DNA of 45,359 bases from an uncultured Selenomonadaceae bacterium. GTDB taxonomy: Bacteria > Bacillota > Negativicutes > Selenomonadales > Selenomonadaceae. This document shows positions 9,676-19,573 of the stretch, in pieces. The translations under genes and the position numbers were made by a program. The stretch lies in NCBI GenBank assembly GCA_905234045.1, contig CAJOGS010000002.1, forward strand, positions 1 through 45,359, in the 5' to 3' direction. The notes under the pieces are model-generated. The model worked only from the letters and a program-made list of their open reading frames with translations, had not been told where the DNA came from and ran no database searches. Numbering within the stretch: position 1 is the stretch's first letter; every line of letters starts with the position of its first letter.

Positions 9676-9730
9676 TTAATAACATCCTTCAAAATATATT
9701 TTCAGTCTTTTAATTCAAATACAATATTTT

Positions 9731-11092
9731 TCACTTTAAACCGACTTGAAATTTATAACAACGCTTAAATTTTCCGTGATTAAAAGAATTTACAACGTTC
9801 CATCCGTGACATTGCCCGCTTGCCATAAAACTTTGGCACTTTGATAAAAGGTAAAGCGCGTAAAAATAATTTACCGTGTTATCTTCGACTACTCCCGCGT
9901 TATTTTGTTTTTCCTTCGTTTCCAATTCGCTCAAAAGTTTCATATTTTCAAAGTCTCGGACGCTGTGGCGAATTTGTGAAACGATACGAATCATTGCGCC
10001 AAATTCTTTTTTCATTCTGTCCAAAATATCTTGATCTTCAGTTGCCAAAAAAATTAATTCGTAACCGTCCGCGTCAATCCATTCACGTATCAGCGGCAAC
10101 ATAACATCAACTGTAGCCATTTTGCGAACGCCGCCCATTTTTGAAACGATATAATCAGTGCCGCGAATCAAAACGCCCAAAATTTTTTTGTTACCTAAAA
10201 CTGTTTCTGCGTATTCTTCAATTTCGGTGCGAAATTTGTCAGTCAAAATATTTTCGTCAATTTCAATTTTAGATTTTGAAGCGCGGTAAGTCAGGCTTAG
10301 AACGGTTACATCTTGCAAATAAATTGTATTTGCGGGCGTTGAATCTTGCGGCTTGAAATCAAGATTAAAATATTTTTGCAACATTTCATCAGGATAACGA
10401 GTGCAATTTTTTTTGAGGAAAATTTTAAAGCCTTCCTGCCGAATCATTTCTTTTGCTTGCGTGTAATAAGAAAGAATCCCGCCGATTCCGACATTTGGAG
10501 CTATTGCCAATTCCAAATATTTAACAGCGGGAAAATTTAAATTTGTCATTGACTGTTTGAAAAAAATTGAATGAAACGCGGGAATTGCATTGAGCTTGTG
10601 AAAATCGCCGTCAAAATATCCAATGATGAATCCTTCGACAATTTGCAAATTTTCTTTTTCGTCAAATTCCGGAAATTTTTCAACGATATGCAAGCGCGGA
10701 TTTTCTTCAAAAAAAATTTTTGCAAGCGGATTGACAAAATAAACGTCGTTATTTGTATGTTTCAAGGCAAGCCGCGCAATTACTATTGAATATTCGTTTA
10801 ACGTTTGAATAAAAATATTGCGAACGTCTTTTAAAAGCGAAAGATCCAGCATATCAGTTGCATTTTCGTCGTAATTCAAATATGACGGAAAAATCTCAAT
10901 GCCTTTTTTTATTTCGCGGTAATTTTCGGGGAATAAATCATTATTTTTGAAGTAAACAATATCATAATCTTTTCCGCAATCTGTGCTGACGTGATAATAA
11001 ATTTCTTTTTTGCACAACGCATCATGAAAAATATTTTTGCCGTGCTTTAAAGTTATTGCCTCCCGTTCGTCTTTTGGGACAATATCAAACAT
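9731..11092 (-). CDS. Hypothetical enzyme, function unknown (weak GT-B/fucosyltransferase-like motifs)
   Basis: ATG at 11092 follows AAGGGTG. The track start at 11155 would run through the upstream terminator hairpin. LIRGTDY and IFLATEDQD are reminiscent of the HxRRGDY and SDD motifs of GT11/GT23-like transferases. This is suggestive only. Confidence 0.5.
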   Translation of the reverse strand: MFDIVPKDEREAITLKHGKNIFHDALCKKEIYYHVSTDCGKDYDIVYFKNNDLFPENYREIKKGIEIFPSYLNYDENATDMLDLSLLKDVRNIFIQTLNEYSIVIARLALKHTNNDVYFVNPLAKIFFEENPRLHIVEKFPEFDEKENLQIVEGFIIGYFDGDFHKLNAIPAFHSIFFKQSMTNLNFPAVKYLELAIAPNVGIGGILSYYTQAKEMIRQEGFKIFLKKNCTRYPDEMLQKYFNLDFKPQDSTPANTIYLQDVTVLSLTYRASKSKIEIDENILTDKFRTEIEEYAETVLGNKKILGVLIRGTDYIVSKMGGVRKMATVDVMLPLIREWIDADGYELIFLATEDQDILDRMKKEFGAMIRIVSQIRHSVRDFENMKLLSELETKEKQNNAGVVEDNTVNYFYALYLLSKCQSFMASGQCHGWNVVNSFNHGKFKRCYKFQVGLK

Positions 11093-11127
11093 GCTCAACA
11101 CCCTTAAATTTTTATTGTATTTAAATT

Positions 11128-11161
11128 TTTGACAAACAGGCGGCGAAATTTCCACCGCCTG
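11128..11161 (-). terminator. Putative terminator of the histidine-kinase operon
   Basis: On the minus strand: CAGGCGG-tggaaatttcg-CCGCCTG followed by TTTGTCAAAAATTT. Confidence 0.5.
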
Positions 11162-11208
11162 CTTTCACTCTAAACAAAGTAAATTTCAGAGACTTTTATA
11201 AAATTTTT

Positions 11209-13797
11209 CTATGAAACTTTTGATAAAAAATATTTCGCCTCGTCAACAAGTTTGTTGTACATTTCCATTGCTTCGGCGTGATGATTTTTTATATATTCCA
11301 GTGCTTGTGATTTTTCAGTTTCAGAAGTTTCGTCGGAAGTTATCGCTTTTCCCGACATTTCCAATTTTTTTGCAACGCCTGAAAGTTTTTCGCCGCCAAT
11401 TTGTAACGAAGTGGATTTCAACGCATGTACAAAAATCGTGTAATTTTTCCAATCACCGCTTTCAAAAGTCTCCTGCATTTTATTTTGCTTTTCTTCCTTT
11501 AAATCGCAAAAACTCTGCAAAATTTCATAGTATATATCTTCCATTCCTGCGCTGTATGCCATGCCGACTCCGACATTTAAATTTTCGTATTCAAAAGGTT
11601 TTTCGGTTTCTTCAGCAGGCACAATTTTTTCATCAGCAACAATTTTTTCTTCAGCAGTAATTTTTTCTTCAGGAGTAATTTTTTCATCAGCAGTATTTTT
11701 TTCTTCAGAATCAATTTTTTCTTTCGGCAAATATTTTGTAAGCATTTCTTCCAAACTCTTAGGTTCAATAGGTTTGCTGAGATAATCTGTAAATCCTGCA
11801 CTCAAAAACATTTCGCGCGCGCCGCTGATTGCGTTTGCAGTTAAAGCTATTATCGGCGCATTGATTGATTTATTTTCCGGCAATGTTTTCGCCATTTTCA
11901 ATGTTTCCATTCCGTCTAAGCCCGGCATCATTTGATCTAAGAAAATCAAATCAAATTTTGTTTCCGAGATTTTTTTCAAGGCGTCCATACCGCTCAATGA
12001 AGTTACAACTTTAATTTTTGTTTGTTTCAATAAATTTTGAACTACGATTAAATTCATTTCGTTATCGTCAACAACTAAAATTTTTGCATTTGGTGCGATA
12101 ATTGAAGGCATATATTTTGCCTGATTTTCCGCCGAATTAAGTTTGTTTGAAATTTTACCGATAGTTTCTTCACCGACAATTTTTTGAGGAATTGCAACAG
12201 AAAATGTTGAGCCTTTGCCATAAACACTTTCAACAACTATTTGCCCCTTCATCATTTGCAAAAGTTTGTACGTTATCGCAAGTCCCAAGCCGGTACCTTC
12301 GATATTTTTATTTCTTTTGAGGTCGAAACGTTGAAAATCTGTAAAAAGTTTTTTTCTGTCTTCGTCGTCAATTCCAATTCCTGTATCTTTGACGCTGATT
12401 TTTAAAATCATTAGTTCATCAGAGGCTTTTTCAAAATCTACGTTAAAAATTACTTCGCCGACTTGCGTATATTTAACCGCGTTTGTCAATAAATTTACCG
12501 CAACTTGTCTGATTCTTACGCTGTCGCCAAAAAGTTTGTTTGGAATTTTTTCATTTACATTCACTGTAAATTTTAAATTTTTCTTTTCAACGCGCTCTTT
12601 AATCATATTGACGAGATTTTTTATAACTTCGTCAAGTTTATAATTTTCTTCCACCAATTCCATTTTGCCGCTTTCAATTTTTGAAAAGTCTAAAATATCG
12701 TTGATAATCGACAAAAGATTTTCACTTGCAGAAGAAATATTTTGAGAATATTTTATTGTTCCCGCTTCGTTACTTTCGCGCAGAATCATTTCATTCATGC
12801 CGATAATGGCATTAATTGGCGTTCTAATTTCGTGCGACATATTTGCAAGAAACGCGCTTTTAGCTTGATTCGCTTGATCAGCCTCTTGCTTTTCGCGTTT
12901 AAATTCATCAGACTTTTTTGCTTTTTCGTTAATGATATGCAGATACAAAATTGCTATCACGAACAGCAACAAAATTAATGACGTTACCGCAAGTGTTATG
13001 GTGTTAAGGTGCAAAATATTTCCTGCAACGGCACTCCACGGGACATAACCAATCATTGTGCAGTTAGTTTGCGGCAAATCTGCGCCGAACAAGAAATATT
13101 TTCCCTTGTCGCCTTCATAATAAACTGCGGCGGAACGACTTAATTTTAATTTTTCCCGAAGTTTTTCAAAGCCTTCCAAAACTGTTTTGTCAGATAAAAA
13201 AGCCTTGCCTTCTTCGCCGAAATCTTTGTAAGGAACTATAACCCTGCCGCGCCTTTCCTGAATTAACAGTCTGCTGTCAGAATTATATTCGGCAAGTCCA
13301 AATAAATCTGTCAGCAACTCTTCATCATAAATCCTGTAAATTACGCCGTGAATCAAGCCGTCTTTTATGACGGGGACGGCAAATAACAATCCTATACCGT
13401 CGCAATAATCGACAACATCATTGCCGCAAGACGCCATCGGCAGGCGGAAAAAATCTTTTTTATAAAGCGATCTGCCGATAACAGATTTACCATTTGGCAA
13501 AACATAGCCGACTGAAACTTTTATATCTTCTTTTTTCAGTCCTGCCAAAATATTTGATACGGTTTCATAACTTTGATTTTCAGCCAGATAATTTGCCGCA
13601 AAACGCAATTCAGCCAGTTCTTGAGCAAATCTTTCTTCGGCAACAACCGCCATATCTGCCGTTTGTCTTGCAATACTTTGTTCCAAATTTGCATTTAATA
13701 CTTGATTAATTCTGCTTTGTATTAGAAATCCTACCGCTACCATTGAAATAATCAAAAACAAAAACTGCATAAAAATTTTTTTATTCAAGGACTTCAA
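11209..13797 (-). CDS. Hybrid sensor histidine kinase (extracytoplasmic sensor, HisKA, HATPase, receiver, HPt)
   Basis: Two TM segments flank a ~240-aa sensor region. H-box [11 protein letters not shown]; G boxes DTGIGI and GTGLGLAI. Receiver: [10 protein letters not shown]...[14 protein letters not shown]...ALTANA. C-terminal HPt: [13 protein letters not shown]. The start is uncertain: TTG at 13797 or ATG at 13770. Confidence 0.9.
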   Translation of the reverse strand: MKSLNKKIFMQFLFLIISMVAVGFLIQSRINQVLNANLEQSIARQTADMAVVAEERFAQELAELRFAANYLAENQSYETVSNILAGLKKEDIKVSVGYVLPNGKSVIGRSLYKKDFFRLPMASCGNDVVDYCDGIGLLFAVPVIKDGLIHGVIYRIYDEELLTDLFGLAEYNSDSRLLIQERRGRVIVPYKDFGEEGKAFLSDKTVLEGFEKLREKLKLSRSAAVYYEGDKGKYFLFGADLPQTNCTMIGYVPWSAVAGNILHLNTITLAVTSLILLLFVIAILYLHIINEKAKKSDEFKREKQEADQANQAKSAFLANMSHEIRTPINAIIGMNEMILRESNEAGTIKYSQNISSASENLLSIINDILDFSKIESGKMELVEENYKLDEVIKNLVNMIKERVEKKNLKFTVNVNEKIPNKLFGDSVRIRQVAVNLLTNAVKYTQVGEVIFNVDFEKASDELMILKISVKDTGIGIDDEDRKKLFTDFQRFDLKRNKNIEGTGLGLAITYKLLQMMKGQIVVESVYGKGSTFSVAIPQKIVGEETIGKISNKLNSAENQAKYMPSIIAPNAKILVVDDNEMNLIVVQNLLKQTKIKVVTSLSGMDALKKISETKFDLIFLDQMMPGLDGMETLKMAKTLPENKSINAPIIALTANAISGAREMFLSAGFTDYLSKPIEPKSLEEMLTKYLPKEKIDSEEKNTADEKITPEEKITAEEKIVADEKIVPAEETEKPFEYENLNVGVGMAYSAGMEDIYYEILQSFCDLKEEKQNKMQETFESGDWKNYTIFVHALKSTSLQIGGEKLSGVAKKLEMSGKAITSDETSETEKSQALEYIKNHHAEAMEMYNKLVDEAKYFLSKVS
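11611..11718. repeat. Six tandem 18-nt units encoding a hexapeptide-repeat linker ([18 protein letters not shown]...) between REC and HPt
   Basis: The unit ttcWtcagNaNtaatttt repeats at 11611, 11629, 11647, 11665, 11683 and 11701. Confidence 0.85.
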
Positions 13798-14887
13798 CTC
13801 CTCTTATAAGCCAGTCAATATTTCTTAAAAGTTCCATATCGCTGATTACTTTATCTTTTGTGCAACGCAAATTTCCTTGATTGTCATAAATTTCATCAGC
13901 AAAAATAACTAAGCCGTCCATTAAATCTTTATAAGCAACGGCAATTACATTTTGCGTTTCTTCGTCAACCAAATCGGAATAATCCGAAAGTGAAATAACT
14001 TCCTGCTTAACTCCGACCCAGTGGTTTCTCATTGAAGATAATTCGTCCTTCAAATATCTTTGCAAAATATCTTTGTAGAATACGTCCCAATGACAAATAA
14101 TCGAAGTCAAATAATGTTCGGAATAACCTTCAAGCAAGGCATTGTAACCGACAAAATCAATTCCAAAACTGTCTGCAACATCGCCGACTGTGGAGCCGTC
14201 TTGATGATAATTCAGGAAATCTACATTACGTTCTTTAATCAGGCGTTCGGCATTAATTTTTTCTTTTTCTGGATCTTCCCAATCGCCTGTCCACATTACA
14301 AAAATTTTTGCGTTTGGATTAACTTTTTGAACGCCGCGCGCAAAAGAATTTATACCTCTGCAAACTTCAGAATTTGGTATTGCGGCAACATAACCTATAG
14401 CATTTGTTTTTGTTCGCAATCCCGCCAATATTCCGGAAAGATAACGCCCTTGATACATTTTTGAAAAACAATTCGTTAAATTTTTTTCCTCTATTTGAAT
14501 TGCCATATCAATAAAAGCAATGCTTGAATATTTCTTAATCAGCGGACGAACTTCGGGAGTATAATCAAAACTTGCCAGAAAAATAATTTTTGCGCCTTCA
14601 GCAATTAATTCTTCGACGGCTTGCGGACATTTGCCGGAGTTTTCGGGAACTTTATCACGAACCAAAAGCTCCAAATTAAATTCATCGCAAGCACTTTTAA
14701 TGCCGTTGTAATGTGAAGCGTTCCAGCCTTTTTGATGAATATCGCCCAAAATTATAAATCCTACTTTGGGTTTATCTTTTTTTATTTCTGCATCAAAACC
14801 GAATATAAATAAAAGTATTATTGCCACGATAACACAACTTCCAAGAGCAAGCAAAATTTTTAATTTTTTTTCGTCGGATAAGCGCAT
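13781..14887 (-). CDS. BMP/PnrA-family (periplasmic-binding-protein fold) protein with N-terminal membrane anchor
   Basis: It is a paralogue of the next gene ([18 protein letters not shown] vs MTNLSDESKLKILIGLGGC; shared [60 protein letters not shown]). ATG at 14887 was chosen by homology; the track start at 14935 is a GTG inside the previous gene. Confidence 0.8.
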   Translation of the reverse strand: MRLSDEKKLKILLALGSCVIVAIILLFIFGFDAEIKKDKPKVGFIILGDIHQKGWNASHYNGIKSACDEFNLELLVRDKVPENSGKCPQAVEELIAEGAKIIFLASFDYTPEVRPLIKKYSSIAFIDMAIQIEEKNLTNCFSKMYQGRYLSGILAGLRTKTNAIGYVAAIPNSEVCRGINSFARGVQKVNPNAKIFVMWTGDWEDPEKEKINAERLIKERNVDFLNYHQDGSTVGDVADSFGIDFVGYNALLEGYSEHYLTSIICHWDVFYKDILQRYLKDELSSMRNHWVGVKQEVISLSDYSDLVDEETQNVIAVAYKDLMDGLVIFADEIYDNQGNLRCTKDKVISDMELLRNIDWLIRGVEVLE

Positions 14888-14915
14888 AATTTCATCTCGA
14901 AATTTTAAAATTGTG

Positions 14916-16028
14916 TTATTGAACAACCTCAACACCTCTAACCAGCCAATGAATATTTCTTAAAAGTTCGTAATCTCCTACGACTTGATTTTTTTTGCAA
15001 CGCAAAATTCCTTGATTGTCATAAATTTCATCATTGAAAATAAAATTTTGGTTTTCTGCCAATTCATTGCGGACATCGTCTAAAGTAATTTTCATTTTTT
15101 GATTAATCGAATCTGAAAAATTCGATAAAATAATTGCGTCTTGTTGTACGCCGATCCAATGATTTCTGATTAAAACCAATTCGCCTTTCAAATATCGTTG
15201 CAAAATATCTTTGTAAAATAAATCCCAACGACAAATTAAAGACGCCAAATAATGCTCTGAATAATTTTCCAAAACGGCATTATATCCTATAAAATCCACG
15301 CCAAATTTTTCTGCAACTCTGCCTGTGGCGTCTTCGTTCTGATGATATGTTAAAATGTCTACGCCATAATCTTTTATTAAAATTTCTGCGTGTTGTGATT
15401 CAATTTCGGGATTTTGCCAATCGTTCGTCCACATTACAAAAATTTTTGCATTCGGATTAACTCTTTGAACGCCGAGCGCAAAAGAATTTATACCGCGATT
15501 TACTTCAGAATTTGGCATTGCGGCAACGTAGCCGATTTTATTTGACTTCGTTTTCATTCCCGCAAGCACGCCGGAAAGATAACGCCCTTGATACATTCTT
15601 GCAAAACACGAAGTAAAATTTTTGGCTTTTTCCAAAGTTGACATACTTATAAAAGCTACATTCGGGTATTTATCCATAAGCGGGCGAACCTCTGTAGGAT
15701 AATTGAAACTCATTAACGCAATCATTTTTGCGCCTTCTGCAATTAATTCTTCGACAGCTTGCGGACATTTTCCGGAATTTTCGGGGATATTGTCACGATA
15801 AATTAATTTCAAATTTAAATCTTCGCAGGCTTTTTTCATTCCGCTGAAATGTGATTCATTCCAACCTTTTTCTGTAACGTTGCCTGTTATAATGAAGCCG
15901 ATTTTTTCTTGATTGTCTTCAGTTGCAACATCAATTCCGAATACCAGCAAAAATATTATCGTCAATACAACACAGCCGCCGAGCCCAATCAAAATTTTTA
16001 ATTTGCTTTCGTCAGACAAATTTGTCAT
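14916..16028 (-). CDS. BMP/PnrA-family binding protein with N-terminal membrane anchor (first gene of the operon)
   Basis: Same conserved blocks as 13781-14887. One hydrophobic helix sits at the N-terminus. Confidence 0.8.
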   Translation of the reverse strand: MTNLSDESKLKILIGLGGCVVLTIIFLLVFGIDVATEDNQEKIGFIITGNVTEKGWNESHFSGMKKACEDLNLKLIYRDNIPENSGKCPQAVEELIAEGAKMIALMSFNYPTEVRPLMDKYPNVAFISMSTLEKAKNFTSCFARMYQGRYLSGVLAGMKTKSNKIGYVAAMPNSEVNRGINSFALGVQRVNPNAKIFVMWTNDWQNPEIESQHAEILIKDYGVDILTYHQNEDATGRVAEKFGVDFIGYNAVLENYSEHYLASLICRWDLFYKDILQRYLKGELVLIRNHWIGVQQDAIILSNFSDSINQKMKITLDDVRNELAENQNFIFNDEIYDNQGILRCKKNQVVGDYELLRNIHWLVRGVEVVQ

Positions 16029-16191
16029 TCATCCTTTCGTTTAATTTTTATCGGTAAATTAATTTTATTTACAGATTATTATTGAATTTAGAAATTACGA
16101 TTGTATTATACAAATTTAGTGTAAGTCATTCAACACATATATAAATGTAAATTTCCTCGGAGCGTCAAAAATCGGAAAGTTTTTAATATCG

Positions 16192-16220
16192 TTGACGAAT
16201 CAAAAATCAACTTGTAAAAT
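16192..16220 (+). promoter_or_regulatory. Candidate sigma70-type promoter for the plus-strand 3-gene operon
   Basis: TTGACG (16192-16197), a 17-nt spacer, then TAAAAT (16215-16220), about 50 nt upstream of the 16271 start. Confidence 0.4.
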
Positions 16221-16270
16221 ATTTTAAAATTTCTGTTTCTGACAGCAAAAAAATTTTGGAGTGATTTTTT

Positions 16271-17563
16271 TTGGGAATATTTGACAGCGATTTTGATATG
16301 GAAAATTATGTTCGGCAAAGAATACCTGAAATAGAAAATTTAAACAACAGGGAACTTTTCAAAAAAATTGTCAGCAATTCTGTTGTTGAAATTTATAAAC
16401 ACGTAAAAGAAGAATACGAATTACTTGAAAAAAGAGTTTTGGAACAAGCCCCTAAGGCTTTAAGCATGCCGGATTTAATTACTTGCGTAGTTCCTGCCGA
16501 TAAATACGATTTAACCGATACACACCTTAAGCCAATGTTCGCCGAAGATTTGGAAGAAGTTAAAATCAATGCACAAGATATGGTTACTTCGGTAAAAGAC
16601 GGCAAAGAATTTTATTTGTATACCTGCATGATAAAAGCTGATTATTTGGAGTTAAAAAAATTAATTCAAGCCGACAGAATATTTAAAGGCGTCATTGAAA
16701 ATGAATACGATGAAACGCCGGCAGAATTTATTTTAAAGCCAAATGATAAATATCGTAAAAAAGCCGAAGAACTTTACAATATTGCAAAATTAAATTATCT
16801 TCCGTGGCGCAGTTTGAATCTTTCATATTTTTACAAACTTTTTGATGTCTACGTTACCAAAATTGAAAATTGGGACGAGCAACTTGAAGTAAAAAAAGTT
16901 ACAATCGAATTTGACGAGTTCGGCGAAAGAATTTTACATAAACCGCTGCCTGTTTGGAATATCAACGAAGTAATTATCAAAGCAAATTCGTATCCTCAAC
17001 CTGCGATTGACAGAAAATATTACGAACATTATTTATATCAGAAACAATTCATTACGGAACATAAATATTTGCTGAAACACAGCGATTTTATAATTAGAAA
17101 TATTTTTTGGCGTGACGGCGATTTATACATAATTTGTGACAGCGATTTGCCCGGCGATTGGAAATTTTATGAATTTTGCCCGCCTCCTGATCCAAAAAAT
17201 TATGAAAATCCATTGATGAGCAACGAACAATTTAAAAGTTTTTCTCGTGATGTAATTGAATATTTTGGGCAACGTATCAAAACGCGCACGGAAGTTGTAA
17301 GATTTTTGGATTCGTTCAAGTGCAATGAATATCTCAGTTTTGTTGATGCAAAAGTTATTTCGGCTAAACAAGATTCTGAAACTTATTCAATGGAAAAATT
17401 TATAGAGTATGAATATCGAACAGGAGACAGATTGCAGAGTTTAGAATTTTCTTTTCGCCCAAAAGACGAAAATTTTTATTTGAATCGTGATTTAATGAGT
17501 TTTCTGACTACGGCAATACAGAATTTATTTCCTGAATATAATTGCGTCGGAAAGTTGGTGTAA
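16271..17563 (+). CDS. Hypothetical protein (430 aa); candidate structural/baseplate component of the adjacent contractile system
   Basis: Long ORF with a TTG start 10 nt after GGAG (alternative ATG at 16298). It is tightly coupled to the next two genes. I recognise no motif. Confidence 0.55.
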   Translation: MGIFDSDFDMENYVRQRIPEIENLNNRELFKKIVSNSVVEIYKHVKEEYELLEKRVLEQAPKALSMPDLITCVVPADKYDLTDTHLKPMFAEDLEEVKINAQDMVTSVKDGKEFYLYTCMIKADYLELKKLIQADRIFKGVIENEYDETPAEFILKPNDKYRKKAEELYNIAKLNYLPWRSLNLSYFYKLFDVYVTKIENWDEQLEVKKVTIEFDEFGERILHKPLPVWNINEVIIKANSYPQPAIDRKYYEHYLYQKQFITEHKYLLKHSDFIIRNIFWRDGDLYIICDSDLPGDWKFYEFCPPPDPKNYENPLMSNEQFKSFSRDVIEYFGQRIKTRTEVVRFLDSFKCNEYLSFVDAKVISAKQDSETYSMEKFIEYEYRTGDRLQSLEFSFRPKDENFYLNRDLMSFLTTAIQNLFPEYNCVGKLV

Positions 17564-17566
17564 AAC

Positions 17567-18274
17567 GTGAATTTTATTTGGGATATTGTCCTTCAAGCGG
17601 CGCAAGATAATTTTGGATCGCACGATATTTTTTTTAAACCTGCCGAAAAATTCAGCCCGTATTACGAACATTCTTTCAGTTGCATAAATGAAAAACACGT
17701 TGATAATCCCGAAATTGAAATAAATCCGCTCCTTAGATTTACCTCTGTATTTGAATATCTTTTACACCCTGACGTTAAAAATTTGATTTTCAGAAATCAG
17801 CAGGAATTTATTTATTTTTATTTTGATGTGGCGGTTCATATTTTGGCAGAAATTGATTTGTGTCACGGAATAACCCAACGAGAAATTTATATAAGAAAAA
17901 TTCGGCGGGAACTTTTGGACGGCGTATTTGGCGAAGTGGCAAAAATCGGAATGTTGGAATTGAAACGCGATAAACAAATTGCCGTTGCAGATGAACTTTT
18001 AAAAATGATGGAGACCGGCTCCAATCTTCAATCTTTCTGCAATATTATGAAACAGATTTTTGAAGGTTGCATAATTTATCAGAATCGTTTTCACCCTCAA
18101 AGAATTTATGTTTATATCGGCAAGGAACGTGACGAACAATTAGACAAACAGTGGCAAATGATACGTGAAACTTTTTTGCCGCTTGATATTGAAGTCAAAA
18201 TTTTTTGGGCTGAACATTTTGGAATACTCGGCATTGAAGCTACCATGTTATCAGATAAAATTGCAATTTTTTAG
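17567..18274 (+). CDS. Hypothetical protein (235 aa); possible TssG-like baseplate component (weak)
   Basis: GTG start 3 nt after the upstream stop. The C-terminal ...FLPLDIEVKIFWAEHFGILGIEATMLSDKIAIF loosely recalls the LG-rich C-terminus of TssG proteins. Confidence 0.5.
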   Translation: MNFIWDIVLQAAQDNFGSHDIFFKPAEKFSPYYEHSFSCINEKHVDNPEIEINPLLRFTSVFEYLLHPDVKNLIFRNQQEFIYFYFDVAVHILAEIDLCHGITQREIYIRKIRRELLDGVFGEVAKIGMLELKRDKQIAVADELLKMMETGSNLQSFCNIMKQIFEGCIIYQNRFHPQRIYVYIGKERDEQLDKQWQMIRETFLPLDIEVKIFWAEHFGILGIEATMLSDKIAIF

Positions 18275-18277
18275 GCG

Positions 18278-19060
18278 GTGAAAAATTTGAATGAACAAAA
18301 ATATCCTCAACTGGAAAGACTGCACATTTTGAGGACAGAGGCACTTTGCAGCATAAGGGATCGCGCTTTTGACGGCTTGCAACTTTTTTTGACAAATTAC
18401 AGCGATGGAATTGTAAGCGGCTGTAAATTACATACCACGAAAACTTCAATAACTTTGGGAAAAGGAATGATTTTGCACAATAATTTTTTGTACCTGATTA
18501 ACGATGAAATGTCGGTAGATTATTCGCCGACTGAAGAATATGTTATGCTGAAATTAATTTTTATTCCCGAAATTATGACTGAAAATTTTCTTCAGCGAAA
18601 TGTTGAAATTACTTTGTCAAGTAATATGAATGTGGCTGACAATGAAATTGAACTTTGCAGATTTAAGTTGAAGAAAAGCGCGTTACTTCGCACGAATTAC
18701 ACAGATTTTTTTGACAGAGTAACAGAATTTGACACGGTAAATACTGTCAATGTTCTCTATGCCGCGCCTTTTCAAAGTACATTATCGCCGGAAATTACTT
18801 TTGACTTTGCCAAAACTGCCAAATATTTTGAATTGGATTTTGAAGACTATAATTTTTGCCAAGCCGCATTGAGCGGAAAAATTATTTCTGCCGAACAAAT
18901 TGCTTTTTACATTGAACACAGATTGAAAATCGAATTGCCAAACAAAAAAAATCAAACACTTTATGATAATTTGTGTTTGATTCTGAATGAAATTATTTCG
19001 GGAAAACGTCTGGAATTTTCGACGAAAGGACGCAAGCGCAGAGAAATTTTACTCGATTAA
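18278..19060 (+). CDS. Hypothetical protein (260 aa); possible TssK-like N-terminal domain (weak)
   Basis: GTG start 3 nt after the upstream stop. The N-terminal pattern YPQLERLHILRTEAL...YSDGIVSGCKL...ITLGKGMILHNNFLYLI loosely parallels the TssK shoulder-domain pattern (PQHFQQ...WG...G.l.l....fpDGt). Confidence 0.5.
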   Translation: MKNLNEQKYPQLERLHILRTEALCSIRDRAFDGLQLFLTNYSDGIVSGCKLHTTKTSITLGKGMILHNNFLYLINDEMSVDYSPTEEYVMLKLIFIPEIMTENFLQRNVEITLSSNMNVADNEIELCRFKLKKSALLRTNYTDFFDRVTEFDTVNTVNVLYAAPFQSTLSPEITFDFAKTAKYFELDFEDYNFCQAALSGKIISAEQIAFYIEHRLKIELPNKKNQTLYDNLCLILNEIISGKRLEFSTKGRKRREILLD

Positions 19061-19573
19061 AACTTTTTCCAAAATTATTCCGACGGGTTGCCTTCGCAGT
19101 AAACATTCAGCCGCCTCAAGATTTAAAATCCAAATATCGGCGGCGGGAAGTGTACAATGAAAAATTCGCCTGTAAGAGAGTTTTAAACCGTCCAAAATGA
19201 GTTTTTCCGGCTTGCCTTGAACAATTTTACTTTTGGGGCTTATAATCGACTCTGCGGGCAAATACGGCAACCAATACAACGGCATCGGAAAATTTTTTGC
19301 GTCAATATTTTTATAAAGTTGCACGCCTTTAAATTCCAATTCCGGCTCCAAAAATTGAAAGATACTTTGCAACCTGTCATGTATCAAAAAAGTTGGCTCA
19401 AATAAAATATCGCAGGGAGTATATTTGCCTTTGTAATACGCCACAGAATCTTCAATCTGCGAAAAAATTTTTTCATTGATAAAATACGGATATTTTGCTC
19501 TGTTAAAATTCCCGCCGTCAGTAATTATTGGCGCGTCGGGATCTTTTTTTAGAAAAAACCATTCATTTTTCAT
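19049..19573 (-). CDS. Hypothetical protein (174 aa), last gene of the contractile-system operon; possible adaptor or immunity protein
   Basis: The start overlaps the stop of the extended Hcp-like gene (TAATG). There is no signal peptide and no recognisable motif. Confidence 0.55.
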   Translation of the reverse strand: MKNEWFFLKKDPDAPIITDGGNFNRAKYPYFINEKIFSQIEDSVAYYKGKYTPCDILFEPTFLIHDRLQSIFQFLEPELEFKGVQLYKNIDAKNFPMPLYWLPYLPAESIISPKSKIVQGKPEKLILDGLKLSYRRIFHCTLPAADIWILNLEAAECLLRRQPVGIILEKVLIE

